Assembly (NCBI GenBank): GCA_965203315.1
Contig: OZ241857.1
Location: 192,001-256,000 of the forward strand
DNA from: Nitrosopumilus sp.
GTDB lineage: Archaea; Thermoproteota; Nitrososphaeria; Nitrososphaerales; Nitrosopumilaceae
Length of the DNA stretch: 64,000 bases
Direction: 5' to 3'
Shown here: positions 1-10,129 of the stretch, piece by piece
Numbering within the stretch: the first letter of the stretch is position 1
Layout: each line of letters starts with the position of its first letter
Made by a program: the position numbers and the translations under genes
The notes under the pieces: model-generated
Seen by the model: only the letters and a program-made list of their open reading frames with translations
Databases searched by the model: none
What the model was told of the DNA's origin: nothing

Positions 1-54
1 AGTTTTGATGGATGTACTCATCTGGCAATGACGACAGCGTATATGTTATTTCTA

Positions 55-201
55 TAGGCAAAATCGTTCAAATAATGTCCTTTTGATTTTCGTAAAATGT
101 ATTCATAATTACAGACACGCTATTCTAAGATTTACTTGGAAAATACTTTTGCACCTTGGTATATGCGGGAGTAAACATGAAAACAATTCCATTCGTGACT
201 A
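55..201. mobile_element. IS630-type MITE variant (family A2)
   Basis: Flanked by cTA|TAG...CTA|TAg. Right end AAACAATTCCATTCGTGACTA is nearly identical to the MITE at 404-534. Left part recurs inverted at about 26416-26527. Confidence 0.65.
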
Positions 202-403
202 TAGAAAGAGATGGGTCATTGAAACTGGATATCGTGACATCATCGATATGAGATTAAAGACTTCTAGTTATGATCACAGAGTACTAGAATTGATGTTTAT
301 TTTCAGTTTATTGTTTTACAACGCATGGATTCTAGCACGAAACATACAATGCGAAGACGATCTCTTTGATTATTGCAATCAAATTACCACACTTGTTTTT
401 CTA
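199..403 (+). pseudogene. C-terminal fragment of an ISH3/IS4-like transposase
   Basis: YRKRWVIETGYR..LKTSS motif resembles YSKRWDIENGF and YRDRWEIENGF in the intact transposases at 6332 and 58956; bounded by MITEs. Confidence 0.7.
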
Positions 404-534
404 TAGTCGTGAATATAATAATTTTCCGAGTGCATAGTATCACAATTTGGCATTATCCGTTCCGCTAGAGGTAAATTTCGTCTCTGATCTCACATATGCA
501 AAAGTAAACAAGAAAACAATTCCGTTCGTGACTA
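404..534. mobile_element. IS630-type MITE family A (131 bp)
   Basis: TIR TAGTCRYGAA, TA duplication within CTAG; near-identical copies at 61444-61574 and 62396-62525. Confidence 0.9.
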
Positions 535-644
535 TAGAAATGACATATGGATACATCAAATCGTTTATCGACCCATATATCGAACCAGAGTCGCCGCCAA
601 AACCTGCGGTGGCGTGTTGAATAGACAATTGGGTAAGCTGTGTA

Positions 645-728
645 TGGATGCGGTGGGATTTGAATCCACGTATGTCCTATAGCAACTTATTGACTGTAAG
701 TCCCATTAAGCCAATTTGGTACACACCC
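645..728 (-). other. Degenerate tRNA-like sequence (probable pseudo-tRNA)
   Basis: Cloverleaf can be folded: acceptor GGGTGTG/CGCATCC+A, D stem CCA/TGG, anticodon stem ACTTA/TAAGT with loop CAGTCAA, long variable arm, T loop TTCAAAT. A in place of U33 and a T-stem mismatch. Confidence 0.6.
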
Positions 729-730
729 AG

Positions 731-833
731 AAATTAATATAATTGCACATATTAGTATATGCTGACTGTAAGTTGCTCTAAAGCAATTTCGTAGGTGTTC
801 TACACACTTCTACACCCTTTGTATCATACATGT
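731..833 (+). repeat. About 100-bp dispersed repeat X
   Basis: Clearly similar to 51139-51246 (AAATTAATATAAT..CTCTAAAGCAATTTCGTAG..CTTCTACACCCTTT). Confidence 0.75.
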
Positions 834-1010
834 GTTGTATCAAAAAGCTCACTTTAACTTCTAACCGTTGACTCGACCTCGCTTCGCATCACTGACTTGT
901 TGCTGGTGTCTCTAAACTTAACCGCTAAATATAATCAAAGTTAATCTTATTTTACTCCACCCACTTTGATACTAACTCTAGCTTGAGATTGTCCTATGAT
1001 ATTATCCGTA

Positions 1011-1188
1011 GGTTCTGTTCAATTGACAGTGGGTTGGCATTTTCTGCACAAAATTCTCGAAAAATTTTACAAAATATGGAAACGGACTCATATCGGCTAT
1101 CGTAAATTGTTGCTGTTTTGAGTCAAATATTATGCGTTCTTTGAGATCACGTCATAACGATCTCAACCCCCGTCAATTGAACAGAACT
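1011..1188. mobile_element. MITE family B (about 175 bp)
   Basis: TIR GGTTCTGTTCAATTGAC; copies at 1949, 12027 and 48253, with a related subfamily at 7980, 35227 and 46263. Confidence 0.9.
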
Positions 1189-1216
1189 TTGCGTATACTT
1201 TTAATATATGCACTAA

Positions 1217-1546
1217 CTAGTGAATCGTCTTGTGGGCATCTCGAATCGTATCCATAGTCTTGGATATGTCCTGATCTGTTTCTATCTGTATTGTCTGTAT
1301 GGGTAGTCTTCTGTCTTGCTGTATCTTTATTATCACTCCGTTTGATGTGGGTTCTACATCTGCGAACCATCTAAAACTCATCGATTTACAGAACACAACT
1401 CTGTGCATTCTAACATCTTCGATAACGTTCTCGTTTATGGATAAGCAAAACTCGCGTATGGTGTCAAAGAGGGGTTGTACTTGTTTTGGAATCTGTTGTT
1501 TAAAGTCGTCATAACTGCGTCTACCTGTATTGGATATGATGTTCAT
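1217..1546 (-). CDS. Hypothetical protein (possibly DUF5655/YjbR-like fold)
   Basis: 109-aa ORF directly downstream of the SRP RNA, normal protein composition; fold assignment is tentative. Confidence 0.65.
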   Translation of the reverse strand: MNIISNTGRRSYDDFKQQIPKQVQPLFDTIREFCLSINENVIEDVRMHRVVFCKSMSFRWFADVEPTSNGVIIKIQQDRRLPIQTIQIETDQDISKTMDTIRDAHKTIH

Positions 1547-1575
1547 ATTTAAAATGTGAACGAGTGCATAATAAA

Positions 1576-1891
1576 GGTAGTAGATCTGTCAGTTCCAGTC
1601 TAGATCAATGACCCCATCTCAAGGCATACAAGATCCGCCACGTTGACGAGGAAGCGTGACTGCTCCACCTTAGGATTGCTCCCTCCCGGACCTGATCCCT
1701 TTCGATGGTTCGGTCTTGAAAGTTATCCCTTCGGATAATTCCAGCCCTGCAACCACCCGCCTCGGCGTGATTTCATTTCCGCACACCAAGCGGGAATCAC
1801 CAACCTAGAGATTTACCCAACAGTTACTGATCTCTGCATGTAGCCGGTTTCAGAATAGGGCACGGCTGGCACCCTGATCCTACCTACTACC
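1576..1891 (-). ncRNA. ffs: Archaeal SRP (7S) RNA
   Basis: GC-rich island of about 315 nt. Minus strand has the helix-8 motif TCAGGTCCGGGAGGGAGCA; ends GGTAGTAG/CTACTACC pair. Confidence 0.92.
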
Positions 1892-1948
1892 ATCTATTCT
1901 ATAATTTGTCATCTTATATTTGCATTAGGTTTGAGGATTTAGACAAAT

Positions 1949-2116
1949 GGTTCTGTTCGATTGTTGGGGGTTGACATTTTCCGCACAAAATTCTCGAAAA
2001 ATTTTACAAAATATGGAAACTTACTCATATCGGCTATCGTAAATTGTTGCTGTTTTGAGTCAAATATTGTGCGTTCTTTGAGATAACGTCACAGCGATCT
2101 CAACCCCCGTCAATTG
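1949..2116. mobile_element. MITE family B, right end truncated
   Basis: Near-identical to 1011-1188 but stops at GTCAATTG. Confidence 0.85.
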
Positions 2117-2606
2117 GATATAATCAGACAAATTATTGTGGATACAATTACTGTACATGGAGTAAATAACATAGATGGGCTGAACAACAAGAGCAGTATC
2201 ATCAGTGATTGATTCTTGAACTGCACAAACGACATCAGGGTGAACATTTATCAAATAATGGTATGGTCTTCCAAAGTATCGTGCTGGATCGTCATTTATA
2301 TTCCATGATTTTACTGTTGGTGATTTACTGTCATGCTCAAGTATCGGTCTGTATCTACATTTACATGATTCACATAATATCCTGTTGATGCGACACTTGA
2401 GTACTAGGATCGATCATCTTACAAAAATCCCTTCCGAATGTCATGACCGTCTGTGTTGTATTATGATTAAATTTTGTAGATTATGGCGAGTACGGGATAT
2501 CATAAACCGATACCTGAACACAAGATATGAGATTTAGCTATACAGTTGTTTTTGATATGTGTGAGACGAAAACGATTGTTGTTATGTGTATCAAAATGAT
2601 CAAATT

Positions 2607-3665
2607 CTATACGGAACTATCTTTACCTTTTGTAAGATACTTGTTTACGTCAATTGCAGCTATGCAGCCAAACCCGGCAGCTGTGACTGCTTGTCTATAC
2701 ACTTTATCATGTACATCACCTGCTGCAAACACACCGTCCACACTAGTATGTGATCTGTTTTTTAACACAACATATCCATCATTATCTAACTCTATTTGGC
2801 CTTTGAACAAATCTGTATTTGGTTCATGACCGATTGCAACAAACAATGCACCTGCAGATATAGTAGACTCTGTATCTGTATGTACGTTTTTGATCCTCAC
2901 TTGTTGCACTTTTTGATCGCCGTCTACTCCTGCAATGACACTATTCCATTGAAACTTTATCTTGGGGTTGTCAAATGCTCTCTGCTGCATTATGTTGCTT
3001 GCACGTAGTTTATCGCGTCTGTGAACAATATGTACTGTAGTCGCAAACTTTGTAAGAAACGTTGCCTCTTCGATAGCCGAGTCACCCCCACCTGCTACAA
3101 CGATCTCTTGATCTCGAAAGAATGGTCCATCACATGTTGCACAGTACGATACGCCTCTACCTGCAAAAGACTCTTCATCTCCCAATCCCAACTTTCTTGG
3201 ATTTGCTCCTGTCGCAATTATCACTGCACGTCCTTCATACTCTTCTACTGCTGTGAGCACCTTTAGAGGCTTTTGTCTAAAGTCGACATTGACTGCCACA
3301 TCATCGATAATGGTTGTGTCCATTCTTTGAGACTGCTTTCTCATCTCGATCATGAGATCAGGACCCATTATCCCATGCTCAAATCCTGGATAGTTCTCCA
3401 CTTCTGTAGTGTTTACAAGCTGCCCTCCAGGAAGCACACCTGATAGAATCAATGTATCATATCCTGCCCTCGAACAATAGATTCCTGCGGTATATCCAGC
3501 TGGACCTGCGCCGATTATTATTACGTCAAACTTTGTCTTCACTTTTGGTTTTATTATCTCCCTCTCTTCTATGGTAGAACGAGGCTCTATTTTGTCCATT
3601 CCTTTGTCGTCACTAGATCTACCTCTCTCTTCTAGTATGATTGAACCAGGATCTGCTGCCATCAA
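2607..3665 (-). CDS. trxB: Thioredoxin reductase
   Basis: GAGPAG FAD motif, CATC redox motif, GGGDSA, AAGD. Confidence 0.95.
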   Translation of the reverse strand: MMAADPGSIILEERGRSSDDKGMDKIEPRSTIEEREIIKPKVKTKFDVIIIGAGPAGYTAGIYCSRAGYDTLILSGVLPGGQLVNTTEVENYPGFEHGIMGPDLMIEMRKQSQRMDTTIIDDVAVNVDFRQKPLKVLTAVEEYEGRAVIIATGANPRKLGLGDEESFAGRGVSYCATCDGPFFRDQEIVVAGGGDSAIEEATFLTKFATTVHIVHRRDKLRASNIMQQRAFDNPKIKFQWNSVIAGVDGDQKVQQVRIKNVHTDTESTISAGALFVAIGHEPNTDLFKGQIELDNDGYVVLKNRSHTSVDGVFAAGDVHDKVYRQAVTAAGFGCIAAIDVNKYLTKGKDSSV

Positions 3666-3807
3666 GCCACTCTGATCTTGTTACTTCAATAATTTAAGTG
3701 AATATATTGTATCTATGTGATGCTGGTCATTACGTTTGGTTTTGTAAATGCGATACTCTGTTAGTTAGGGATCTGTTAATGATCCCACATTGAGATCGTA
3801 CTGGTCA

Positions 3808-4560
3808 TTATGTTCTCTTTTGTAATTTGTGTATTATATCTCGATGCTTTGCACATAAACTAGTATCTTTGATCAAAGATGATAACAGTTCTGACTGCCA
3901 GTGTGCATTATACATGTGACAGTCTCTTTGATCACAGAATGCTTCTCCAGTCATATAGTATAGCGCTACTTGTAATGCATATCTCTTTGCGATAGCACCT
4001 AGTCGTACATCATGATACGTCAGAAACTGCTCTTGATATCTCTCTTCGATCTCTCTAGCACGCGATGGGTTTGACCACATTTCTAGATAAAACTCACGAG
4101 GTCTCGCAGGTGCCTCGATCATACCTGTCGTTGATATGATGGCAGGATTTCCTCCTATCCATGTTCTGGCGTGATATCTATAATCGTTTGGATCAAACGT
4201 ACATGTCAATCTGTCTGTAAATACAATGTGTAGTGTATCATCCATGTCGTGTTTAGTGTCAATCACAGACGATAAGACTCGTTGTAACTCAAATCCGTCA
4301 TACAAGTTTGTCTTGATATCGTTATGTATCTCTGCGCGTATATCGCTATGGGTTGGTATGTGACTAGAGAATGGTCTCTTTGTATCTTGAATCTTGGTCA
4401 CTGCTAGTCGTTCAGCTGTGCTCAAATCTAGATTTAGAAATAGACTCTCTTTACGTTCTGTTGTGACGTGTAGGAGACTGTCGAGATACTTGACAACGCC
4501 GTCTAGACATATCTCTGGAGTTGATGGTTCGTCGTACAGTATGATGTTTGTACACTTCAA
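3808..4560 (-). CDS. Putative metallopeptidase-like protein (DUF6775/archaemetzincin-like)
   Basis: C-terminal C-x4-C-x-M..H..LCxxH cluster. Likely TTG start at 4560, just after the thi4 stop; the ORF-track start overlaps thi4. Confidence 0.65.
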   Translation of the reverse strand: MKCTNIILYDEPSTPEICLDGVVKYLDSLLHVTTERKESLFLNLDLSTAERLAVTKIQDTKRPFSSHIPTHSDIRAEIHNDIKTNLYDGFELQRVLSSVIDTKHDMDDTLHIVFTDRLTCTFDPNDYRYHARTWIGGNPAIISTTGMIEAPARPREFYLEMWSNPSRAREIEERYQEQFLTYHDVRLGAIAKRYALQVALYYMTGEAFCDQRDCHMYNAHWQSELLSSLIKDTSLCAKHRDIIHKLQKRT

Positions 4561-4567
4561 CGCCGTG

Positions 4568-5386
4568 TTATCGTTCCAGTTCTTTGATCTTTTCAGCTGT
4601 GATCTCTGCTGCTCTCTTGCCTGAAAATAGCATGGAACCAAAAGTAGGACCCATGCGTGCTAGTCCATGCGTCTCTGTAACTGACATTCCAGCTGCTACT
4701 AGGCCTGGATAGACCTCGCCGGTCTTGTCAACGACATGCTCTTCACCTTCATTTACGTACATTGGATTCATTCCTTTCCATTGTACTAGACCTCTATCTA
4801 CAAGTCGTTTTACAGCAACAGAGTCATGTCCTGATGCATCTATGACTATCTTGGACTCTAACGCTACTGGATCTACACATGTGATATTTCTAGGTAGTGC
4901 GGAGACTGGCATCCAGTTGACTACTATGCCCGAGACCCGACCGTTCTTCATCACTAGATCATCAAATTTAGTAAGATTGAGAAACTTTACTCCAGAATCA
5001 CAAGCAGCTGCGATCAGTTTTGAGACTGCGTGTGGACCAGGTGTAATGTATAGTCCTTCACCAACTTTTTTGTATGGTACACCCAACTCGTCCCATATCT
5101 TTTGTGCTGGCTCTCTAACTGTGACCGGATTCATCATGTATCCTCCAAGCCAGTACCCTCCACCGAGATAGTTGTTCTGCTCGATCACTAAAACCTTGAA
5201 TCCCATGTTGGAGAGATCTCTACTAGCCGTAAGTCCTGCTGGACCAGCTCCGATAACTATCACATCCGAGTCTGCTCTATCTATCAAAACATTGTGAAAC
5301 TCTGTTGCGATGGCTCGAGTAATCTCTACCTCTCGTACATCTGCAAACATTTTTAGACTTTTTTCCGCAATCTCTACTTCTTGCAT
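4568..5386 (-). CDS. thi4: Thiazole biosynthesis protein Thi4
   Basis: GAGPAGL, LGGGYWLGG, CVDP, DASGHD and RMGPTFGSMLFSG motifs. Confidence 0.95.
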   Translation of the reverse strand: MQEVEIAEKSLKMFADVREVEITRAIATEFHNVLIDRADSDVIVIGAGPAGLTASRDLSNMGFKVLVIEQNNYLGGGYWLGGYMMNPVTVREPAQKIWDELGVPYKKVGEGLYITPGPHAVSKLIAAACDSGVKFLNLTKFDDLVMKNGRVSGIVVNWMPVSALPRNITCVDPVALESKIVIDASGHDSVAVKRLVDRGLVQWKGMNPMYVNEGEEHVVDKTGEVYPGLVAAGMSVTETHGLARMGPTFGSMLFSGKRAAEITAEKIKELER

Positions 5387-6284
5387 GTTCGCTCTTATCT
5401 GTTCAATCAATTAATAGTTTGCCAAATATGTGCACATAACTTGACAAGTCTCTCAAGTTGATCAATATCTGTATTACACGAATATGATTCAGATCAATAA
5501 TAGACATTATGCGTTAGTCGTTTTGACCGAAGCACTTAGATCGTAGGTCTAAAAACAGCAATCATTGGGTCAAAAAATCAGTAAACCAAGCAGACAAGTG
5601 CTGCAACTACAGCAGAGTACGAGAGTTAGAACAAATTGTTAGTGAACTCGGTGAACGAGAAGAGCAAGAGACCAAAGATAGACCAAGTTTGTACAGACAA
5701 AAATCAGAGAGTATTAACAACTTTTGTGATAGGATCATATCGGACCCATCTTCTTTATACCGATTCACAAAATGTGCCCCAATCTGTTTGAGATTTATCA
5801 CACAGAATTTGTTCAATACATCAAAGATGAGCAAGTTAGAAAAAATCGCAACCACGTACTCAACAGACAACGTAAAGAGAAACTAGATGATGAACCAAAG
5901 ATACCACAATACTATGGTGTCAACGTCGGTCGAGGAAAGATATCGCTAGCAAACACGAGATCTACTCTCTTGATGGAGTTTATGTACACTCGAGGCGGTA
6001 TGACCCAAGCAGTTATTGGAGACGTATTTGATATCAATCAAAGCAATGTCTCTAGACATATTAGACATGTACGTAGATTCCTGAATCAGTCTTGGACAAG
6101 ACCAGAGGATATAGCAAAACAAATATCCAAATGCAGAACACTGGCAGAGCTGCGAGAGTGGATTCCTCGACTAGAGACTGCCATTGATGGAACTCACTTT
6201 GAGATAGATATACCATCAGATGACGAGTTGGAAGAGTTGGCACGCTCGGGTAAACTACGGAAACATACTTGTGTGATCGTACTA

Positions 6285-7554
6285 CAGACATCGCAAGTGT
6301 TCACGGAAAAAGGTAAGTGGGAGGTATTCGTTCACGGAGCGATCGGTTCTGGTGGTTCTGGTGGCGGTGGTTCTGGTGGAATCTCTCCGATTAATGACTC
6401 CAAAAGATCAAGATAGTCATCTTGAGGTAACTTGCCAACTTTATCTCGTAATAGCAATATGACATTAAAGATAGTCCATAGATTCAACAGCATCTGCGTA
6501 TAGATGAACAAAAACATTCTACAGTCAGCGGATCTGCTATGAGTCTTTAGCTTCATATTTTTAGTGTACTTGAATCCATTTTCAATATCCCATCGTTTGC
6601 TATACTTTTTCGTATTAATGTTAGGATCGTTTGTTGCAAACGCTTGATACTCTTCTGGCTTTCTTTTGTTGGGAACTAGTATGATATAGTATTGTTCTTC
6701 GTTTTTGCCTTTTGATACTATACAAGTGGATACCATGTTGCGTATACCTATCTCATACTCGTGTATTGCTTTATTCACAACACTAGTACCTCTACATGGG
6801 ATCAGGTATCTATGACCCGTCTCATTGAACACTCGAAATATGGCGGCAGAGAAAAATTCTCGATCTAGAAGAAATGCTTCAATCTCTAAGCCAAATTCTT
6901 CACAATAACATACGAGTTTACGCACAATATCGACGTTTTTGTCATCTTTTTTGATAAGGATACTACAAAGAGCCATTCTTGCACCCTCATTTAGAATTTG
7001 TGCAGTGGCATATGTCTCAAAATTAGACGTACCGTCTTTGGGTTTACTGGGTGTTAAATCTGAATTGTCTTTGTCATATCGAGGCTTTTTGGTTTTATCT
7101 ATGCCGATTATGACCTTGGCGGGTAAGCGATTCTGTCTTCTTAGTTCGGCTATGTTCTCCTTTGCTATGTCTATGAGCATTTTTTCTGGCGATCCCTCAC
7201 ATGTGTTTCGAACCACTTGTCTCATCCATTCTGGTGTGGGTGCAAGTTTATTCTTATTTCTCTGTGATCTGGCATAACTTGCAGGACTACGATGCAAACA
7301 TGCAGCATGAATCAAAACTTGATGTGCCGTCCGCTCATCATATATTGCGTTACAGTGGGTTGATACTGCAAGCGGTATCTTTTCTACAGCTGCTGACAAA
7401 ATACGATTATATTCATGATAGTTTCTGAGTACTGCATGTCTTAGGGATTTTTGTTGTGAGGTCAACATAATTCCTGAGACTATCTCCTATTGATCCTTTT
7501 CGGTTTGACGTTGTTGTCTTAATGGTTAAATTTTACTAACACTTGCGATGTCTG
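6285..7554 (-). mobile_element. ISH3/IS4-like insertion sequence
   Basis: 17-bp TIR CAGACATCGCAAGTGTT; flanking direct repeat TACTA. Confidence 0.9.
6332..7468 (-). CDS. ISH3/IS4-like DDE transposase
   Basis: IGIDKT, LLDREF and YSKRWDIENGF motifs. Confidence 0.9.
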   Translation of the reverse strand: MLTSQQKSLRHAVLRNYHEYNRILSAAVEKIPLAVSTHCNAIYDERTAHQVLIHAACLHRSPASYARSQRNKNKLAPTPEWMRQVVRNTCEGSPEKMLIDIAKENIAELRRQNRLPAKVIIGIDKTKKPRYDKDNSDLTPSKPKDGTSNFETYATAQILNEGARMALCSILIKKDDKNVDIVRKLVCYCEEFGLEIEAFLLDREFFSAAIFRVFNETGHRYLIPCRGTSVVNKAIHEYEIGIRNMVSTCIVSKGKNEEQYYIILVPNKRKPEEYQAFATNDPNINTKKYSKRWDIENGFKYTKNMKLKTHSRSADCRMFLFIYTQMLLNLWTIFNVILLLRDKVGKLPQDDYLDLLESLIGEIPPEPPPPEPPEPIAP

Positions 7555-7660
7555 TACTAGTAAACAAGGAAAAGTTGATCCTAACTACGAGTCCACTATA
7601 CTATGGTAGCGTACACGAGATGACTATACTCAAAGAATGGAAATTGGGATTTGGTAAATG

Positions 7661-7801
7661 AGACTGTATGCGTATTTCTTACATCATACGCACATTTTAA
7701 GGTACAATAAAACACACGTGTAATTTCTAGAGGCAAATTGATTCATTGTTATCGTGTTTGATGGTTGGACATGGGCACTCTCAATAATACGCATACAGTC
7801 T
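7661..7801. mobile_element. MITE family C (141 bp)
   Basis: TIR AGACTGTATGCGTATT, 3-bp TSD ATG; inverted copy at 35790-35930; TIR resembles the AGACAYTATGCGT ends of the IS5-family element. Confidence 0.9.
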
Positions 7802-7979
7802 ATGGGAGAAAAAGATGAGAGATCCATCAACTCCCCTCAAAGAGAGATTAAAGACACGTGGTGATGGTGCCTACAAGGGCGCTGAGAAGAAATTCCTTGG
7901 AACTAGATTCATTACGCCATTCAAAAAACCTCGTGGTGGCCAGTTTACCAAAGAACAGAAAGAGTTTAACAGAAAACAC

Positions 7980-8166
7980 GGTTCTTTTAACTTAACGGGG
8001 GGGGGGGGGGGTCGATAGTTTTCACGCAACATTCTCTCAAAATTTTACAAGTCATGAAAAATGGTTAGATCACCCATTGTAGATTATTGCTGTTTTAAGT
8101 TGCATACCGTGCGTTTCTTGAAATACCTACAACTTAATCTTAACCCCCCGTTAAGTTAAAAGAACC
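7980..8166. mobile_element. MITE family B2
   Basis: TIR GGTTCTTTTAACTTAACGGGGG; copies at 35227 and 46263; no TSD here. Confidence 0.9.
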
Positions 8167-8255
8167 TCAGATACTGCATCGCGCACAGATCTCGTCTAGT
8201 ATAACATTATGCGTCTGAGGGATAGTATTTAACTAGATTGACAGTATTATGAGGT

Positions 8256-9362
8256 GTGAGCAAGTCATCTGACGAATCCCCAAAACGTGATCTAGTAGAT
8301 CCGAGCTATAATCTCAAAAAACTGTACAAAAAGGGTGTAAACCTGATGGCGGATGAGAGACTTGAAGACGCAATAGATGTCTTTGAACAAGCACTACGAA
8401 TAGATCCAGATAATGTCGAGACTTTGATAAAGTTGGGGTATGCAAGATTTCATCTAGATGATCATAATAGCTCCCTAAAGATATACGACAAGGTCCTAGA
8501 TATCGATGTCACAAATCCTGAAGCGTGGAGTCTTAAAGCTCTAGTACACTATGAACAAAAAAACTACTCCAAAGCTCTAGATTCTGTCGAGAAGGCGATA
8601 GAGTCTGATCCCACGTATGGTATGGCATGGTACAACAAGGCTGCATTTCTATCGCTGTTGAATCAGGTTCCAGAGTCACTTGAGGCATTAAAGAGATCAA
8701 TCGAGATCGACGTAAAGAATGCAAAAGCGTCGGTCAAAGACAAAGACTTTATGAATGTTAGAATAGAGGAGGGCTTTAAGAGGATATACGAAGTAGTAGT
8801 GCTAGAGTCAGTACGGCAGGGATATCATACACTGGGTGCCATAATATGGACGACGTTTTTAGATAGAGCAGATGCAGAGACTGCGATAAAGAAATTACTA
8901 GAGAAGGGTCTGCTGGTACAGAACGAGAAACGTGATGGTCTCAGCAAGATCCCTGTATATGATCTTGCACCAAATGTAGCTGACAAGATGGGAAAGAAGA
9001 GGCGAGGGCTGTTTGGAATAACAAAGAAACAGTTACCGAGACCAATCAAAAATCTGAAAGAGCTGAGTAATGCAATACAAACGACTAGAGAGGCGATAGA
9101 AGAAGAGGACGTCATGAAGACGATCTCGATGTTTGATGAGTTTATAGAACCAAAACGATCTGGTGCGGTAATGATCGAGAACTTTTTTGATGAACACCGA
9201 GAGATACGATTGTGGAAGATCAGACTCAAAGATAAAGGCGTAGACTATCTCATAGATAACAAGACAAAGATGTTAAACTTGTTGGAGAACGTAGAGGTAA
9301 CTATAACAAAGAAACTTCGAGATGAGATATCTCCAAACTATTCTGCAGAGAGATCCCAATAG
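8256..9362 (+). CDS. TPR-repeat protein
   Basis: Several TPR-like repeats in the N-terminal half. Confidence 0.85.
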   Translation: MSKSSDESPKRDLVDPSYNLKKLYKKGVNLMADERLEDAIDVFEQALRIDPDNVETLIKLGYARFHLDDHNSSLKIYDKVLDIDVTNPEAWSLKALVHYEQKNYSKALDSVEKAIESDPTYGMAWYNKAAFLSLLNQVPESLEALKRSIEIDVKNAKASVKDKDFMNVRIEEGFKRIYEVVVLESVRQGYHTLGAIIWTTFLDRADAETAIKKLLEKGLLVQNEKRDGLSKIPVYDLAPNVADKMGKKRRGLFGITKKQLPRPIKNLKELSNAIQTTREAIEEEDVMKTISMFDEFIEPKRSGAVMIENFFDEHREIRLWKIRLKDKGVDYLIDNKTKMLNLLENVEVTITKKLRDEISPNYSAERSQ

Positions 9363-10129
9363 TTGGCATCTTCTTGCTTGGATGTTGGTCTTTCAAGACT
9401 CTTCCATTCTCTGAATGAACGCACATAGAGTTTTGTATTGGTCATTCCAGCAGATTTTAATGCATAATATGCAAGACCAGAGAGGGTTCCAACACTGCCA
9501 CAATATGTGATGATCTCTTGTTCATCTGTAACACCACGGTTCTCTAGCAGGCGCACTAGATCATCTTTTGGACGCAAGACCTGGTTCTTGTCTGCAAGTG
9601 TTCGATAAGGAATATTGATTGCTCCTGGTATATGCTGCTCTAGATAGTTTAGACGTTCGCGATTGTCGATCAACATTACATCGTCTCGCTCTCTGGTACT
9701 AGTTAGATAGTCTGATGTTGCAAGTATCTCTGGACGTAGATTTATCGCATGTGTTGTATGTTGTACATCCATAACATGTGAGTCACTCTCGAGACCAAGT
9801 GACTTCCACCCGCTATATGTCGTCTCTAGCAGAGATACACTCGAGTGACCCAAGTACTCTAGTGTCCATGCAACACGTGATGCAAGAGCTCCAAAAGTGT
9901 CGTCATATATGACGACATCTGTCTCGTCGTCTATTCCAAATGACTGTATAGTACTCTGAACCCTAGGGGGACTGTCATCTGCAAGAAGATCAGCTAGCGG
10001 CAGATTCAATGCTGTGGGGATGTGATCTTGTGCATACTCTTCTGCACGCCTTACATCTATGACACGAACGCTCTTGTCTCGGATATCAGATCGTAATGAA
10101 TCTATGTCGGTGGTAACTGTACTCTTCAA
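9338..10129 (-). CDS. Rhodanese-type sulfurtransferase
   Basis: Two rhodanese domains (IDVR..HIP, YCGS); TTG start overlaps the reductase stop. Confidence 0.9.
   Translation of the reverse strand: MKSTVTTDIDSLRSDIRDKSVRVIDVRRAEEYAQDHIPTALNLPLADLLADDSPPRVQSTIQSFGIDDETDVVIYDDTFGALASRVAWTLEYLGHSSVSLLETTYSGWKSLGLESDSHVMDVQHTTHAINLRPEILATSDYLTSTRERDDVMLIDNRERLNYLEQHIPGAINIPYRTLADKNQVLRPKDDLVRLLENRGVTDEQEIITYCGSVGTLSGLAYYALKSAGMTNTKLYVRSFREWKSLERPTSKQEDANYWDLSAE

Larger units (their letters stand above)
5502..7979 (+). mobile_element. Disrupted, 3'-truncated IS5-family (ISL2/DDE_Tnp_4-like) element
   Basis: Near-identical to the intact copy at 33034-34546. Interrupted by an ISH3-like IS (6285-7554) and MITE C (7661-7801); cut at MITE B (7980). 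Confidence 0.9.

Noticed and set aside
440-628. Small ORFs at 440, 2060, 11964, 35868 and 62257
   Set aside because: They mostly or partly read through MITE sequence.
645-728. Functional tRNA-Asp
   Set aside because: A in place of U33, T-stem mismatch, A73 and a long variable arm do not fit tRNA-Asp.
7997-8011. G15 tract as a phase-variation site
   Set aside because: Lies inside a MITE end and is shorter in sibling copies; not in a gene or evident promoter.
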